This document shows positions 12,701-25,815 of a stretch of DNA of 64,000 nt, one piece after another. Below the pieces are notes generated by a model. The model did not search any database and was not told the origin of the DNA. It was given only the letters and a program-made list of their open reading frames with translations. This stretch comes from Azolla caroliniana (lineage: Eukaryota > Plantae > Polypodiophyta). The DNA lies in NCBI GenBank assembly GCA_043228905.1, contig JBHGNT010000129.1:1-64000 (forward strand), in the 5' to 3' direction. The translations under genes and the position numbers were made by a program. Numbering within the stretch: the first letter of the stretch is position 1; each line of letters starts with the position of its first letter.

Positions 12701-14841
12701 CTCTATTCAGAGTATAACACTTGTCATATTGGTTCCAAAACTGTATGAAAGTATCAACAACCCTTTTTATTTAGAGTTTTTCGATCAATATAAATTGTCC
12801 AATGAGTATCGTGGCAACTCATGCATCCATAGAAATGAGATGAACGATGTTCAAAACAGGGTAGCTCCAAGCTTTCCCAATTGAAATGCGTGTTGGCATG
12901 GTGCTTTGCCAATCATGGCACCCAATATCTATCATTCATTTTCTAATGTAATTTTGTAGATCATGCTAAAAGGGAACCAAAAAACAAGAAACAAGCCCCC
13001 ACCCTTTAACTTTCTTGTATCGAAAAGATTGTCAAAGATTCACTAGAAAAATGAAGTATGTTTGTAGATTTACGAGGTAGATGCTAAATGTTTAATAATA
13101 AACACCCATAGAATGGGCATGAAGTTACAAAGAGGTAAGTTAGCTTTCCCTAAAAAGCTAAGTCTCATAACATCATCTTGCATGTGCCTTCCTTTTTCTT
13201 TAATATATAACTGATTTGCAACCAATTGACAATCTCGGTAGTTTATTAACGTAGCATTCAAACAACAATTTCTCTCCCAACTCTTGTTGAGATCATTATG
13301 ATGATAACAATTGACAAAGTTACAAATTCAACTTACAATAATAATGGCCTTCCATGAACCCAAATTTCATGATAGGAAAGTGAGAAGACACTAATTATTG
13401 AAACACTTTTCCTTGCTAAATAGCTTCACTAGATGGAACTAGGAACTACTACCAAGAAATCCTAACAAAATGACATCTTAGTTTGATTAGTCATCATCTA
13501 AATGTCATATCATTAGACTTTAGATTGTAGCAACCGTAAAATGAATGTCTACAAAAATACAATGAAATGACTATTGCCATGTCATATGAACATATTTGAT
13601 GATAGACCATGTATAATGACGCCTTTATCACAACTTTATTCATAAAAACATTACTGCAAACATTTGACTTTTTAATCTTATTCCAACACATTCCCATGTG
13701 CACAGTCATTGTCTTAGATCATACTGCCCAAGTTGTTATTATTTTTGTGTGTGCATGGTTTTGTCTTCACATAAGGAATCACAACAAAATTCCAACAACA
13801 TCAAGATAGTGCAATGTGAAAGCATAAATTCATTACAGATTGCCAAAAACTTTGATACAATGATTGATTACCACCAAACACATGGTTTTCAACAAGTATA
13901 TGAAATCATTGTAGTGTGCACATAATTGTGGTTTTTATTATAGATGAATGCTTGTCTTTAAGAGTTGGAAAAAAGGAAAAAAAGTGCTTCTAATAGAGCA
14001 ATTGCAGTTCTCAATGAAATTGGCAACATCACGACATTTAATTCTGTCCAATGAATTGTAGATTCACGAGGTTGTATTAGCAAACTTTTAGGATGTAAAT
14101 GAACACATGTGATAGTGTACTTGTGAATCAAGTTCACTACAACTTTAAGACAAAAATGCTTGAAGTTGGCATTTAGTAGGGATAACCTTCAAATTTTGTC
14201 ATGATATTTGAAACAATGTTGTCCTCAAATTGGTTTCTTTACAAAATCACTTGCAGCAACACAAAGATAAAAAAAACACCATCATTAGTCTTTAATACAA
14301 AACCAATACCAACACATTGAATTGCATTCATAAGTCTCGTACCAGTCTTGTCAACACACACACCCATAGCCTATGTACGTTTTCAGCATAACTACAATTG
14401 ATATACTCAATTTTGCCCATAAAAACCCATTACATCTCAACAAAGGGCCATACAATTGAGAATCTGAGATAATAATGATATCCAAAAATATGGAAGAAAA
14501 ACACAATTAAGTCAAATCAGCTGGTCGAAGTACACCCAAGTGAATGGGAAAAAAAACTCAATTCATTGAGAAACGCATGTCACCGCATTACATCATCGTG
14601 ATCCACCTCAATTTCTTGCCCATAGTGATCTTATAGAACAAGTATTTCTGATACTATGTATGCAGTATCTTGTCCGAATGCATACATGTGTTTTCAGCAA
14701 ATGTACATAAAAAAAACATGGAACCATCTGTAAGTGATCACATACATTGCAGTTCAAATAGCATAACAGTACAATATCATGATATATTCTCTCATGTGTG
14801 TGTGTTTGTGTAGGTAGGAACGACATCACGTAACACGTTCT

Positions 14842-17800
14842 CTAGTTTTGCCTAGCTGAAAGAGTACCATTGCTTAAGCTAGTCTTCCACGAGTAGTCAT
14901 TTGAAGCCTGGAAGCTAGCTGCCAAGCTAGCCTTACACTTCTCATTCAATCTTTGCAACCTTAACTTCACCATGCAAAGGTCACAACTTGAAGCCACGCT
15001 TCCGTGTCGGCAGACAATGGGTGGTGATTCAATAGCATCGGTGACCATTTCAGGTTCATTATGGGCAGTTATCTCAGCTTTATTATGAACTGGTTTTTCA
15101 ATATTAGCCTCAGGAATCTCGTCCCTATACATTTCAGGGCTTCCAAGCCAATTATTCACCCGAGAATCTTTCACCAGAGAAGAGAATGAATCGCCTTGGC
15201 TCGCTGGCGATGCAGATAATTTACTGCTCATACTTCCAAATTCGCCCATTATAAATTCTTCACCCAAATCACTACTTAGTTCTAGATCATGAGCTATATT
15301 TTTGTTGTTAATCATGCCATATTGCTCAAGACTCGTGTCATGAGTGGTGGGGCTATCGAGCTTAGTAGAGGTCACATAATTAGGTTGCGATGCAACCGCC
15401 CGGGTCCCAGGATAATGTGGTCGGATACTATAAAGGGATGAGGCTGGCACATTTGAGACAAGAGAATGCAACCCATTGGATGCACTTTGTCGAATATCCT
15501 GCCATATCAAAACCAAAAACCAACAATTAGGCAGCTAATTAGTTGCCAATGCTTAATAATTCGGCAACTTAATTGGTGTGCCAAAGCTTTTTATGATTAG
15601 GACACTTATTTAGTAATCAGGACATGTTATCTGTTCACTGAAAAGTTTTAAACAACCTCCCATGTGGGAAATTAGGTCGAACTTTCATTTTACCTGTGGG
15701 AAATAAGAGCCTACTTTCCTCATGTTTCCCTACAAGATTTCAACATTGCTAGCTTCTGCAGGCAAGGCTTCCCATACCTAGCTAGTTGGGGCATATGTGG
15801 GAAATTATATCCCGTCATCAATGACCAAGTGGTAAATGAGGGCCCGTTTGCCATAGCAATGTGTGGATGATCGAAGTGGGAAAATGTGTATAACTTCTTG
15901 TGATAGATATACTTTAAATATGATAATGACTACTGCTATAAATTACACTATATTAACCCCGTTCCACATAAAATCTGCTCCACATGTTTCCATACAAGAG
16001 TTAAACATTGGGCTTCTGCAGGCAAGGATTTACATACATAGCTAGGTGCAATAGGGGAATTTTCCCATGTTGGAAACTAGAGCTCATAAATTCTCGTGAT
16101 GCCTTCAATAAGATGATGATCATGATCATGACTACGACTATAAACTACACTACTAACCTTGTTCCAAGTAAAATCGATGGGTTTCCGCTGTGAGCTTCTC
16201 ATGAATCCAGCCGCATCTCGGCTACTGGCTGTCGGAGAAGCGGGCTTTCCCCCACCACTAGAAGCTTTCATTTGAGACATTGACCCAGCACGTGGCATTG
16301 TTTCAGGATAATTAAAGGACGAGGTTGAAGATACAGGTCTTCTAGATTGTATCAACTTGTCGACTGTCTTTGAGGTAGCATTCGGGCTTCTTTCAATCTT
16401 AAGACCACTAGCTCTACTCGTGAACAAAGAAGCGCTACCAGAGCTCGGCCTGTCTAGTATAGTAGAACCTGGCAGTACGGTACTAATGGATCGGATGCGT
16501 GCAGGGCTTGCAGAGGCGCGTCGAGATATGGGGTCGGGCCCATCTGACGTGCGCCGGGATGTCAGATCATGACTGTCGGAGGTGCGTTGGGATGTGAGCT
16601 CATGGCCATCAGAGGTGCGTCTAGATATCAAATCATGGCCATCAGTTGACCGTCGAGCCATCATATCATGGCCGTCGGATGCACGACGGGGTGTGATGTG
16701 ATGATTTTGACCATCAGGTACGCTACTTGTAGCTGCAATATGTATAGGGTGGTTTTCTATGGGTGATGAATAAGAGCTTCTCATGTTGGAGGAGGGGCGA
16801 GCGGCTGCAGTGGTTCGAAGGTTAGGCGGTGGCTCAAGTGCAAAACCAGGAATGGCAGAGAGTTGCTGCCAGGTGGCCGTCGAATTCTGAGCTGGCACCT
16901 TACTATTGGGCGACGTACTACGAGAAGAAGGCGTGCTACGCGATGGCAATGGCCTCCCCTTGGTCACTGAAGAGGATCGGATCATCTGGACTGTCGATTG
17001 TGGTGTGGATGGACGCTTGGATGGTGTTGATGAGCGGCTCGATGTATTAGTCATCGAAAAACTACCACTGATACTACTACTGTTTCCATTGGTAGTTCTG
17101 ACTAGAGATGAATCCATTGTTCTAGTTCTCATAGTGGGGGTTGTGGAGCGGGACGATATGATTGTTGCAGAGGGTGGTTGTTTCGAACTAGATCTACTTG
17201 TGGGCGTTGTCGGGCGAGATGGTAGTATAACCGTGTTAGGGTTAGGGTTTCTCTTAATCGGAGTTGAAGAGCGAGATGAAGGTCTAGTTCCTGATACTGA
17301 AGCTGAAGCCAATGTTGATGCTGAGGAAGAGGAAGAGGAGGAAGGTTTTTTGCTACTAATTGTAGAGAAATTAGCTCCATTACTGATAGATCTCGCTGCT
17401 GTATTCCATCCATTATTTCTTTGTGAAAATAGGGTTGAATCTTTGATTTTGCTAGTGATGAGGTCTGGTTTTGAGCCCACCACCTGTTGCTGCAAAATCT
17501 CGACCTTAGCATCCCACATATGGCTATGAAGAAATGGCTTGCATATCAAATTTTTTGGATTAAGTAAAAGATGAAGACGGGAACAAAAACATAATCCTTT
17601 TAAACACACATAATGCACATTTGGCTGATTTAGAGGAAGGTTAAAAGGGAAAACTAACCTTTTTAAAAACACACACACATTTGGCCACGGTGAATGAATT
17701 AACAGATTTATGGAAAGATTAAGAAGGAAAAAGAACCCTTTAGAAACACACATTTGGCTATCGTGAACCTAACTTTAGGGTAAACACACCACTTACCAGA

Positions 17801-18569
17801 TTTTAAGCCCGATTAAATGGAAAAAATAGTTATTTAGGGGAACTTTAAGCTATACGGAATTAACAAATTTTGAACAGGATTAAGAGGGGGAAAGGCATTA
17901 GAAAAAGCATAAATTTAGCTATGGATGTAACTTTAGGATAAGATTAACGACAGGGGAAACCCCTTTAAAGAGACACAAATTATGGTGAAATAATAGTTTC
18001 ATGGGGGAAATACCCTTAAAAAAGGATTTGGCTATGGTGAATTAGCAGATTTTGGGGGCCGAACACCCTTGCAAAATATGCATTTGGCTGCTATGTTGAA
18101 GTGTAATAGGTTGAAAGTAAGATTATCAGTGAGAAAAACACCCGAGAAAAACGCACAGGTTTTATATCTTTTTCTGCCTATTTCAGAATTATAACTTACT
18201 CGAGAGGTCTTGATTGTGGCAAGAGACCGAACCAAATTCGGCAAAGATGTGGGATCAGATAAGAAATTCTCTGCATTTTCTGATGAGTTATAATGGTAAA
18301 TTTGCGCAGGAGGAGATCCTGGAGGTGTCAAAAGCCTGCAAATACAGAATAAAAGAAGAAGACGCAGTGAGAGAAACAGTAAAAAGACGAAGAAGATAAC
18401 TGATCGGTTCTCTTATGAGACCAACAATATAAATACGATTTAAGAAGAAAGTAACCTAGACGATATTTGTTTGGTTATACCAGTCATAGTCATTTTTTCC
18501 TAGATCTCCTGTGAGAAGGTCATCCCCTCCATTGCTGTTGCTCTCTGCTACAGCAGAAGAAGACGCCAT
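14842..18569 (-). CDS. BPP-type (basic proline-rich, microtubule-associated) Ser/Thr/Pro-rich protein; exons 18481-18569, 18200-18335, 16158-~17483, 14842-15498
   Basis: The spliced motif GKNDYDW|LLTPPGSP, plus PGFALEPPPNLRTT and DIRQ...NVPASSLYSIR, are the conserved blocks I recall for this plant family. Junctions are GT-AG and in phase. Confidence 0.82.
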
Positions 18570-19817
18570 AGCTGTGAAGCTTCACTAACAGCAATATCTT
18601 CGATCTTCTTCTCTCACAGATCAATAAAAAATTACCACCCAAGAAGAGCTTCTTTTTAAGGCTAAATCCAGAAGGCAAAGCTAAACGTAGCGCAGAAGAG
18701 AGAGATGCTTTTTACACAGCGTTTCTGCGGACCCCTGAGCGAGCTTCAGAGAATCTGACGATGGCAGTCACGACCAAAGTAACTAATCGAAGACCCAACA
18801 CAGGAAATGAGGTCTGACGATAAAAGATAAACAATTAGGAAAGTTTAAGAAAATGCGGTCAGAGTAAGAGCAAAATCTGAGGAAAGGTCGCTTCGGCGAT
18901 ATAGAAGGAGAAGAAACAGGAGAAAAGCGTAAGGTTATGGCGAGATGTAAGAGAGGAAGAAAGAAAAAGGAAATGTTCAGATCTTTGAGAAAAGTTGAAG
19001 CAAAGGTCGGCTATGGCGGATGAAGAAGGTTTGCTCTAAATTAATAAATACACTTAATATGTATTTATATTTGTAAATAACGCGGATCACGTTCTGTTTT
19101 CTCAATTAAATTTTAAAATACCCCCCCCCCCCCCCCCCCACTTTAGAAACTTTTTTTTAGACCTTTGGTTGATTGATTTAGTTGAGATTAGTTAATATCT
19201 TGGAAAAAGCACTCTGGTGAAGTAATTGACGTCTTGATTATATCCATCTTAAAACTCAAGGGGCTTAATTTGTGGAGATTAAGGGCATATTTGTCGTGAA
19301 GGAAGAGATTAAGATGATGGGTTCTCGTGTTTCGGCTATTACTGACGTGTGTTTTTTATGAGGTTATGTCAAATCGGAGTCCTTTTCTGGTGGCCATACC
19401 CTATACATGTATTTTGACGTGTTTCCTAATAGGCATAGATGTATGTTCATGTCCATGCTACTTAGGCACATTGTCAGTGATGATCAAATGCCATTTCTCT
19501 CTACTTCACAAAACTTTACAAGAAGCATGATAACATATTAGCTCAGTATTTCTATACGACTTACTTACTCGGGTAGTTCAATTATTATTATAAACCCAAG
19601 AGAGAGTGATTGGGGGGTGGTTAAGCGCGTGTTTAGATTTGAATGAATTAAGATTAAGATGATGAATGCAACTTAACTTTTTAGCGACATAATGATGTGA
19701 TTAAAAAACCAAAGAGAGGAAAAATGAAGCATAAGGAGCTAATCATTAACCAAGTGAGGTTGTTATGAACCGTTGGATTCAATCCAACAACGAAGTTTCA
19801 TGGTCTTCATCTAGTCG

Positions 19818-20250
19818 ATTAAAGGACCATGAATAGAGAATCCCTTAAGTGCACAAGGTTGAGTGATAAAAGTGTCACCCTTTCGAATTTGATGGCTTTT
19901 TCTAGGGTGTGAGAGTTGGAACACCCACTTTGGGTGTTTAATCCAACTAATGAGTTTCATTGCCTTCATCCACTCAATTAAAGGACCATTAATAGAGAAT
20001 CGCATTAAGTGCACAAGGTTGAGTGATAAAAGTGTCACCCTTTCGAATTTGATGGCTTTTTCTAGGGTGTGAGAGTTGGAACACCCACTTTGGGTGTTTA
20101 ATCGAACAAATGAGTTTCATTGCCCTCATCCACTCAATTAAAGGACCATTAATAGATAATCGCATAAGTGCACAAGTTGAGCGATAAGTGTCACCCTTTC
20201 GGATTTGATGGCTTTTTCCAGGGTGTGAGAGTTGCAACACCCACTTTGGG
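19818..20250. repeat. ~160-bp tandem repeat, ~2.7 copies
   Basis: aaggaccat..aatagagaat..taagtgcacaag recurs at ~19822, 19981 and 20141. Confidence 0.9.
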
Positions 20251-20688
20251 TTCGGTCTACGTAGAGTAGACAAATGTCGTTATACACCAACTCAAAAAAC
20301 AACTTGCACAACTATAAGGGTTAGTAAAACTATCAAAAGGTGAAGGTGCTCATACAATCTATATATACACACACATGCAATTCATAAATGTAGACACATA
20401 CACCTAGAGAGAGAGAGAGAGAGAGAGATCTACATTGTGTTTTCCATTTGCTCACATTTCTAAGTCGGTTCTCTCAATGACGCCTTTTTTTTTTATAGTG
20501 GAAAGGCATCCATAGAGTCTACAACAATGTGCATATAGGTAAGAAACATGTCATGAGGATGCAAGTATGCAATCCATCATGTGGAATGGGTTTGACTCCC
20601 ATTCTACCACTCAAAAGAAAGTGTATTAGGACAATAGACAACTCACTGCCTACTTGATCATATTTACACTATTGAACCTTGTAGTTAC

Positions 20689-20968
20689 TAGGAGTCAGCA
20701 ACAACTCGGCTAAAGCCTAAACCGAGTTGGTAAACCGTTTTTAAACAGTTTGGCAGTTCGGCTCGACTCGGTTCAAGCATAAGCTTTGTAAACCGGTTTG
20801 AGCTCCATTTGGCAAGACTTGAGCCAAACCAAACTTGTTAAGGCTAAATGGTTTGTCCAAACCGGTTTGGTTCACGTTTGAAAACTTATAAACTAGTTAA
20901 GGCTTAACTAGTTTGGTTTGGACAAGGCCAAACCGGTTAAGCTTAAACCAAACCGTTGACAAATCCTA
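20689..20968. mobile_element. hAT-type MITE (TAGG...CCTA termini)
   Basis: Ends are TAGGAGTCAGCAAC / GTTGACAAATCCTA. Flanks gtagttac / ggagttat match 6/8. Internal aaccg/cggtt repeats. Confidence 0.7.
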
Positions 20969-22294
20969 GGAGTTATTGTATATGTTCTTATTCATCCATC
21001 GTCAATCTTGACACTCCATGATCTTTCACAAAAAACTTCCGTATATTTGCAAGGATAGACCCAGAATTTGTGCTCATTGCCTTGGAACCATGAAATGTTG
21101 GGGATAACTTGTCTCCCAAAACTAATGTTCCATCCATTACAATTGGGATTATCATAAATTTGTGAAATGGTTGGGATATTTTGAGCATTACCATATGTCT
21201 TACCATTTCAATACCCTAATATAATCAATGATCATTATGGATGCAACCTAAACTTTAGGGATTAATAAGCTATTGCAACTATATTAGGCACAAGGTACAA
21301 TCAAGTGGGGAAATGTATGTTGGTTATCATGACAAGCCCCAGTAGACAAGTACAAACATCAGAAGGAGGGGATGACGTTGGTGATAAAGGCAGAAGAGAT
21401 CTTGTTTTCCGCCATCGACAATATCCACTCAACTCTTATTAATGCCAAAGCTCAAGTTGTGTTTGAATTGGTCAGCCCGATAACCTTTTGGGTGCTCTAG
21501 AAACAATGGTGTAGATGGGTCTTTTTCAATGAAACCTTGCATCATCTAACATTAATGCAGGAGATATGGAGTGAAGTTGTAGCCATTCTAAAGAGCCAAT
21601 ACGATTGCCTCAGAGCGGATCCGATGGAGTTGAAAGACAACAATTAGCCTTCATCCAACAATGGTCGTCCTCTCCCATTCTTGAGTCAGTGGGCCTCCAC
21701 ATAAGATGGAACTATCGCGTTCCTATTGGGTTTGTATATAACATTCTCATCTCTAAAATTTTATAACTAATGGAAGGGATTAATTTCTTTTGTGTCTTCT
21801 AGAACACATGATGGGAAATGTTGTTAAAGTTGAATGTCATCCACATGAACCAACAGAAAAAAATATGTGACGAACACATCAATTTTCTAGCTCCTCAAAT
21901 TTCAAGTAGTGTCTTAAGTAAACACCAACCCAAAGTTTGTGGTTCTCTTGATCTATGGTAAGGTTCTTTTGGCTTTCAATAGATGATATTTGCATGTGGC
22001 TATGGGCCTTGATTTGGCTCAAATTAAATTGATCGATAAGCCATGATTTGATGGCTCAATGGTTTGAATTTAATTAAATGGTTCGCTTTGGTTTTCAAAT
22101 ATAATCAAAGCCATGATTTGATGGCTTAAAGGTTCGAATATAATTAAATAGGTTGATTTGGTTTCGAATCTCATTAAACAGTTCGGTCTCAATTTGGTAT
22201 GGTTCTAAAACGAAGGTTTATCGGTTTAAGCCCAATCTAGCTATTTATTATAGAACTAAACTTCCATCATTAAATGGATGTGTAGGTGATTCTT

Positions 22295-24310
22295 CCATCA
22301 AATATGAAAATGTTCACATAAGCACATGTGCCACTTATTCTTGGAAGCCATCATTATGTGATTAGGACTTTAGTTATGCAAAATACGTGCTTATCCATTA
22401 TTGTGTCTTCGTCATTCTAATTGTCAAGTGGCAACCATTTGGACTATACACCAAACACACCAATGACATTGGATGACACTTATTAAGAATTCCAAACTAC
22501 TCCATGGGCCACATAGTCTCAAATACATTCACCTTCCACGCACATTGATCACACAGACAACAACAATTTGCCAAACCATGAATTTCGTTTTCAACTAAGT
22601 TCTTTTACACGTCAACGTCGACATCCACCTTAGACAACTCTCACTTTCACTTAGTGTTGTGTGGTTCATAAAAATATATTTCCTATCTCATGAATTAGTA
22701 GTGCAATATGTCTTGTGTTTGACATATTGGATAATGTCTCGTTGATAAAAGCAAGCACATTAGGATATTATCGAGATTAATAGATCAATGCAAGGGCCGT
22801 GGGCATGTAGTAAGGGGTTAATTGGTCCCATGTATGTTATGTATCGGTCACATAAGTTGGGTAAGGGGGTTCCATTCAAAAGCATGTGTGTATTGGATGT
22901 TAGAACTTAGGGTGAAAATCAATGTCAGATCTTTCTTGCACAAGCAGTGACTAGGGGCTTATATGACTAGGTCTTGACAATATCCTTCCAGAAACCTTAT
23001 GGATACCAAGGTTCATATTTGGTTGGTGGCTAGTGTCAAGACAACAATTGCATTTGACATTTGCATGGTAATCAAGCAATTGAGAGAGTAAAAACAATGT
23101 TTAATTTTAAACGCCCACCTTAAGCATTGGTCATACTAGTCCCAACACAATGTTGTTCTAAGTTCTAACCTTGCTACTTTTTATATAATCTCCATCACAC
23201 TATTCATTTTGAGATTTATGTTCATCCATAAACCTTGCATAATTTGTCATTAGCTCATACACGAAACTAAAAAAAATTTAAGTTGGACCATGTGTATGTG
23301 TGTGTATGTATGTATGTATGTATACACACACACACACACATGAGCATGCAATTCATTTTAGTTTTTTTATCTACAATTCATCTTCCACCTTTGAAAGTGA
23401 AATGCAAGTGATTCTTTCAACGAATATAAAAATGTTCACATAAGCAAGTGTGATGCTTTTTCTTGGAAGCCATGATTACGTGGTCTTGACTTCAATTGTG
23501 CAAAATATGTTCTTATCCATAATTGCCTCTTAATCTTGCAATTGTAAAGTGGAGCAATTAGGACTTCGCAACAAACACACAAACATTGGAAGTAACATTA
23601 AGAGCTAAAAACGACTTTGTGGGCCACAATTCTCCAATACATTCACCTTCCACCCACATTTATCACAACGACAATAACAACACACCAAACCATGAATTTC
23701 GTTTTCAACTAAGTTCTTTTACACATTGATGTCAACATCTAATTTAGCCTACTCTCACTTTCATTTATAGTGTTGTGGGGTTCCTAAAAATATAGTTTAT
23801 TATTCATGAGAAAGTAGTCCAATGAGTCCTCTATTTGAACATGTTGTTTAATGTCTACTAGGTAATAGCTAGCACATTAGTATATTGTCTAGATTATTAA
23901 GTCAAAGTATAGCCATGTATATGGTATGGCTCATATGTTTGTGTAGGTTGGCTAGGGTTCCATGCACAACCATGGAAATATATTGAATGTTAGGGTGTAA
24001 GTCAACGCCATATCTCTTCCATGTAAGCAACAAATAAGGCATTATAGGGTCAAGTTCTTCCTCCTTACACAATCCTTATAGATTACCAAGGTCGCTATTA
24101 GTGGTCAATGTCAAGAAAATAACTGTCTTTTTTATCTTTGCATGGTAATAGACTAATCAAGGAGAGTAAGCAACAAGTAGGGCATTGTAGGGCCAAGTTC
24201 CTCCTCCTTACACAATCCTTATAGATTACCAAGATCTCTATTAGTGGTCAATGTCAAGACAATAAGAGTCTCTTTTATCTTGGCATGGTAATAGACTAAT
24301 TAAGGAGAGT
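22295..24310. repeat. Diverged ~1.1-kb-period tandem duplication (~22295-23080 vs ~23420-24170) plus a ~145-bp terminal tandem copy
   Basis: Shared blocks such as aaatgttcacataagca and aaaccatgaatttcgttttcaactaagttcttttacac appear in both copies. ttcctcctccttacacaatccttatagattacc-like text repeats at ~24055 and ~24198. Confidence 0.8.
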
Positions 24311-25105
24311 GTGCACGAGGGAAAACGGTTAAAATTTTGAAACATTAAGAAAATTGAACCTAACAACAAAACCTTTAAATCGAAACCATTCAAACCAACT
24401 TGTTTGAGGGATTTTGAAAGCTCAAACCAATGTTATAGTTTGAGAGATTTACAAACCGTTTAGTTGTTGCTTTTGCAATCTTGTTCTAGTGCAAACTAAA
24501 CCATTCAAGAGTTTGCCGTGATTCGAGAATCTCAAATCAAATCATTTAAAAAGATTGAAACTTGATGAATACCAAACCCAGTTGTGAAACCCTTAAACCG
24601 AAACTGTTCAAATCAAATTCATTTGAAGGATTTCCAAAGTCAAACCAGACAATTCAAGAGATTTATAAACCATTAAGTTATAGTTTTGGCAAATTTGTTT
24701 TAGTGCAAACCAAATTTTGTGTTAGTGCAAACCAAATTTGTTAACTTTTGCACAATTCTTTAACAAAGAGTTTTCCAACCAAAAGGTTTTTGCTTATAAA
24801 CTAAGGCAAGAAGAAAATATCGGATCAAATGCAATAACTTATTACGTGAATAGGCTATAGCTCTTAATTTTCTAAAGCTAATTCAAATTTATAAATATAT
24901 ACAAAATATCCTAACCCCAAACAATGAAGGTTCCAAACCAACAACTTAAAGCCGGTTAACCGGTAAATTGTTAAGCCAATAAAGGCTCAAACCTTGAGCC
25001 CCTAAGCCAAACCAACCCCTAAACAAATTACAAATATTATAAACCTAAACCGAATCGGTTAAACTAGTTCGTGCAATTCATTTTGGCTCAAACTGAACCA
25101 TTGCA
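24310..25105. mobile_element. Degenerate AAACC-repeat MITE-like region
   Basis: Dense aaaccg/aaacca motifs with tgcacga...tcgtgca inverted ends. No clear TSD. Confidence 0.4.
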
Positions 25106-25815
25106 TATTGTCAATTGAAAGTTCACCTTTTCGTATTTAGAGCTTGTATGTAAAATCCATGAACTATTCATACAAGTTTACAACATGTATGGTACTTACA
25201 TTGCAATTTGCCATGCATGATACATCTAGATTTGTTTTTTGGAATAATAATAAAAAACAAATTATTTCTTGGCCTTGCTAATTATTGTCAAATGAAATAC
25301 TTTTTTTCCAAAAAAAAAGTGAAATACTTTTATTTTCCAAATAATTAGGAATAACGAAATTGAGTCCAAACCTTACACTTTAAAGTTGAATACAATATTT
25401 TTTTTCTTCCTTTCATATCCAAAAAAATAAAGTAACATAATTTATCCATTTTTTTTGAAATACTACCAAAAACCAAAAGAAGGACATGAGTCAAATGCGA
25501 AGTTTTTTAGTAACAAATGCTTGTTTGGGCTCTCATTTTGTATGAGTAAGGGTTTCTAAAGTATTAAAACACGGTTCAATATTTTACTTGGGACTAAAAA
25601 ATAACACAAATGCTATTAAGTTTCCATTATTCCCTAAATGCCCACAATCTGGGAAAGTGAGAAGAAGGGTATGTTCCCAGTGTTGCCTTTTGACGGCCAA
25701 CATTGCCTGTCATGAGAACGGTATTCCAAAATTTTTGCCCGTCAAATTGACGGTTTACCAAAAAAAAAAGCCCTTCAAAAAGTAAATACATCGAATATTT
25801 GTACGAAACAATATA

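Noticed and set aside
9800-14600. Short ORFs in the AT-rich intergenic region
   Set aside because: No motifs, splice-consistent structure or codon signal. Probably decayed repeats.
16906-17529. 207-aa plus-strand ORF
   Set aside because: It is the antisense shadow of a Ser/Thr/Pro-rich exon.
19121-19139. Poly-C tract upstream of the BPP-like gene as a regulatory G-quadruplex
   Set aside because: A simple homopolymer with no supporting evidence and unreliable length.
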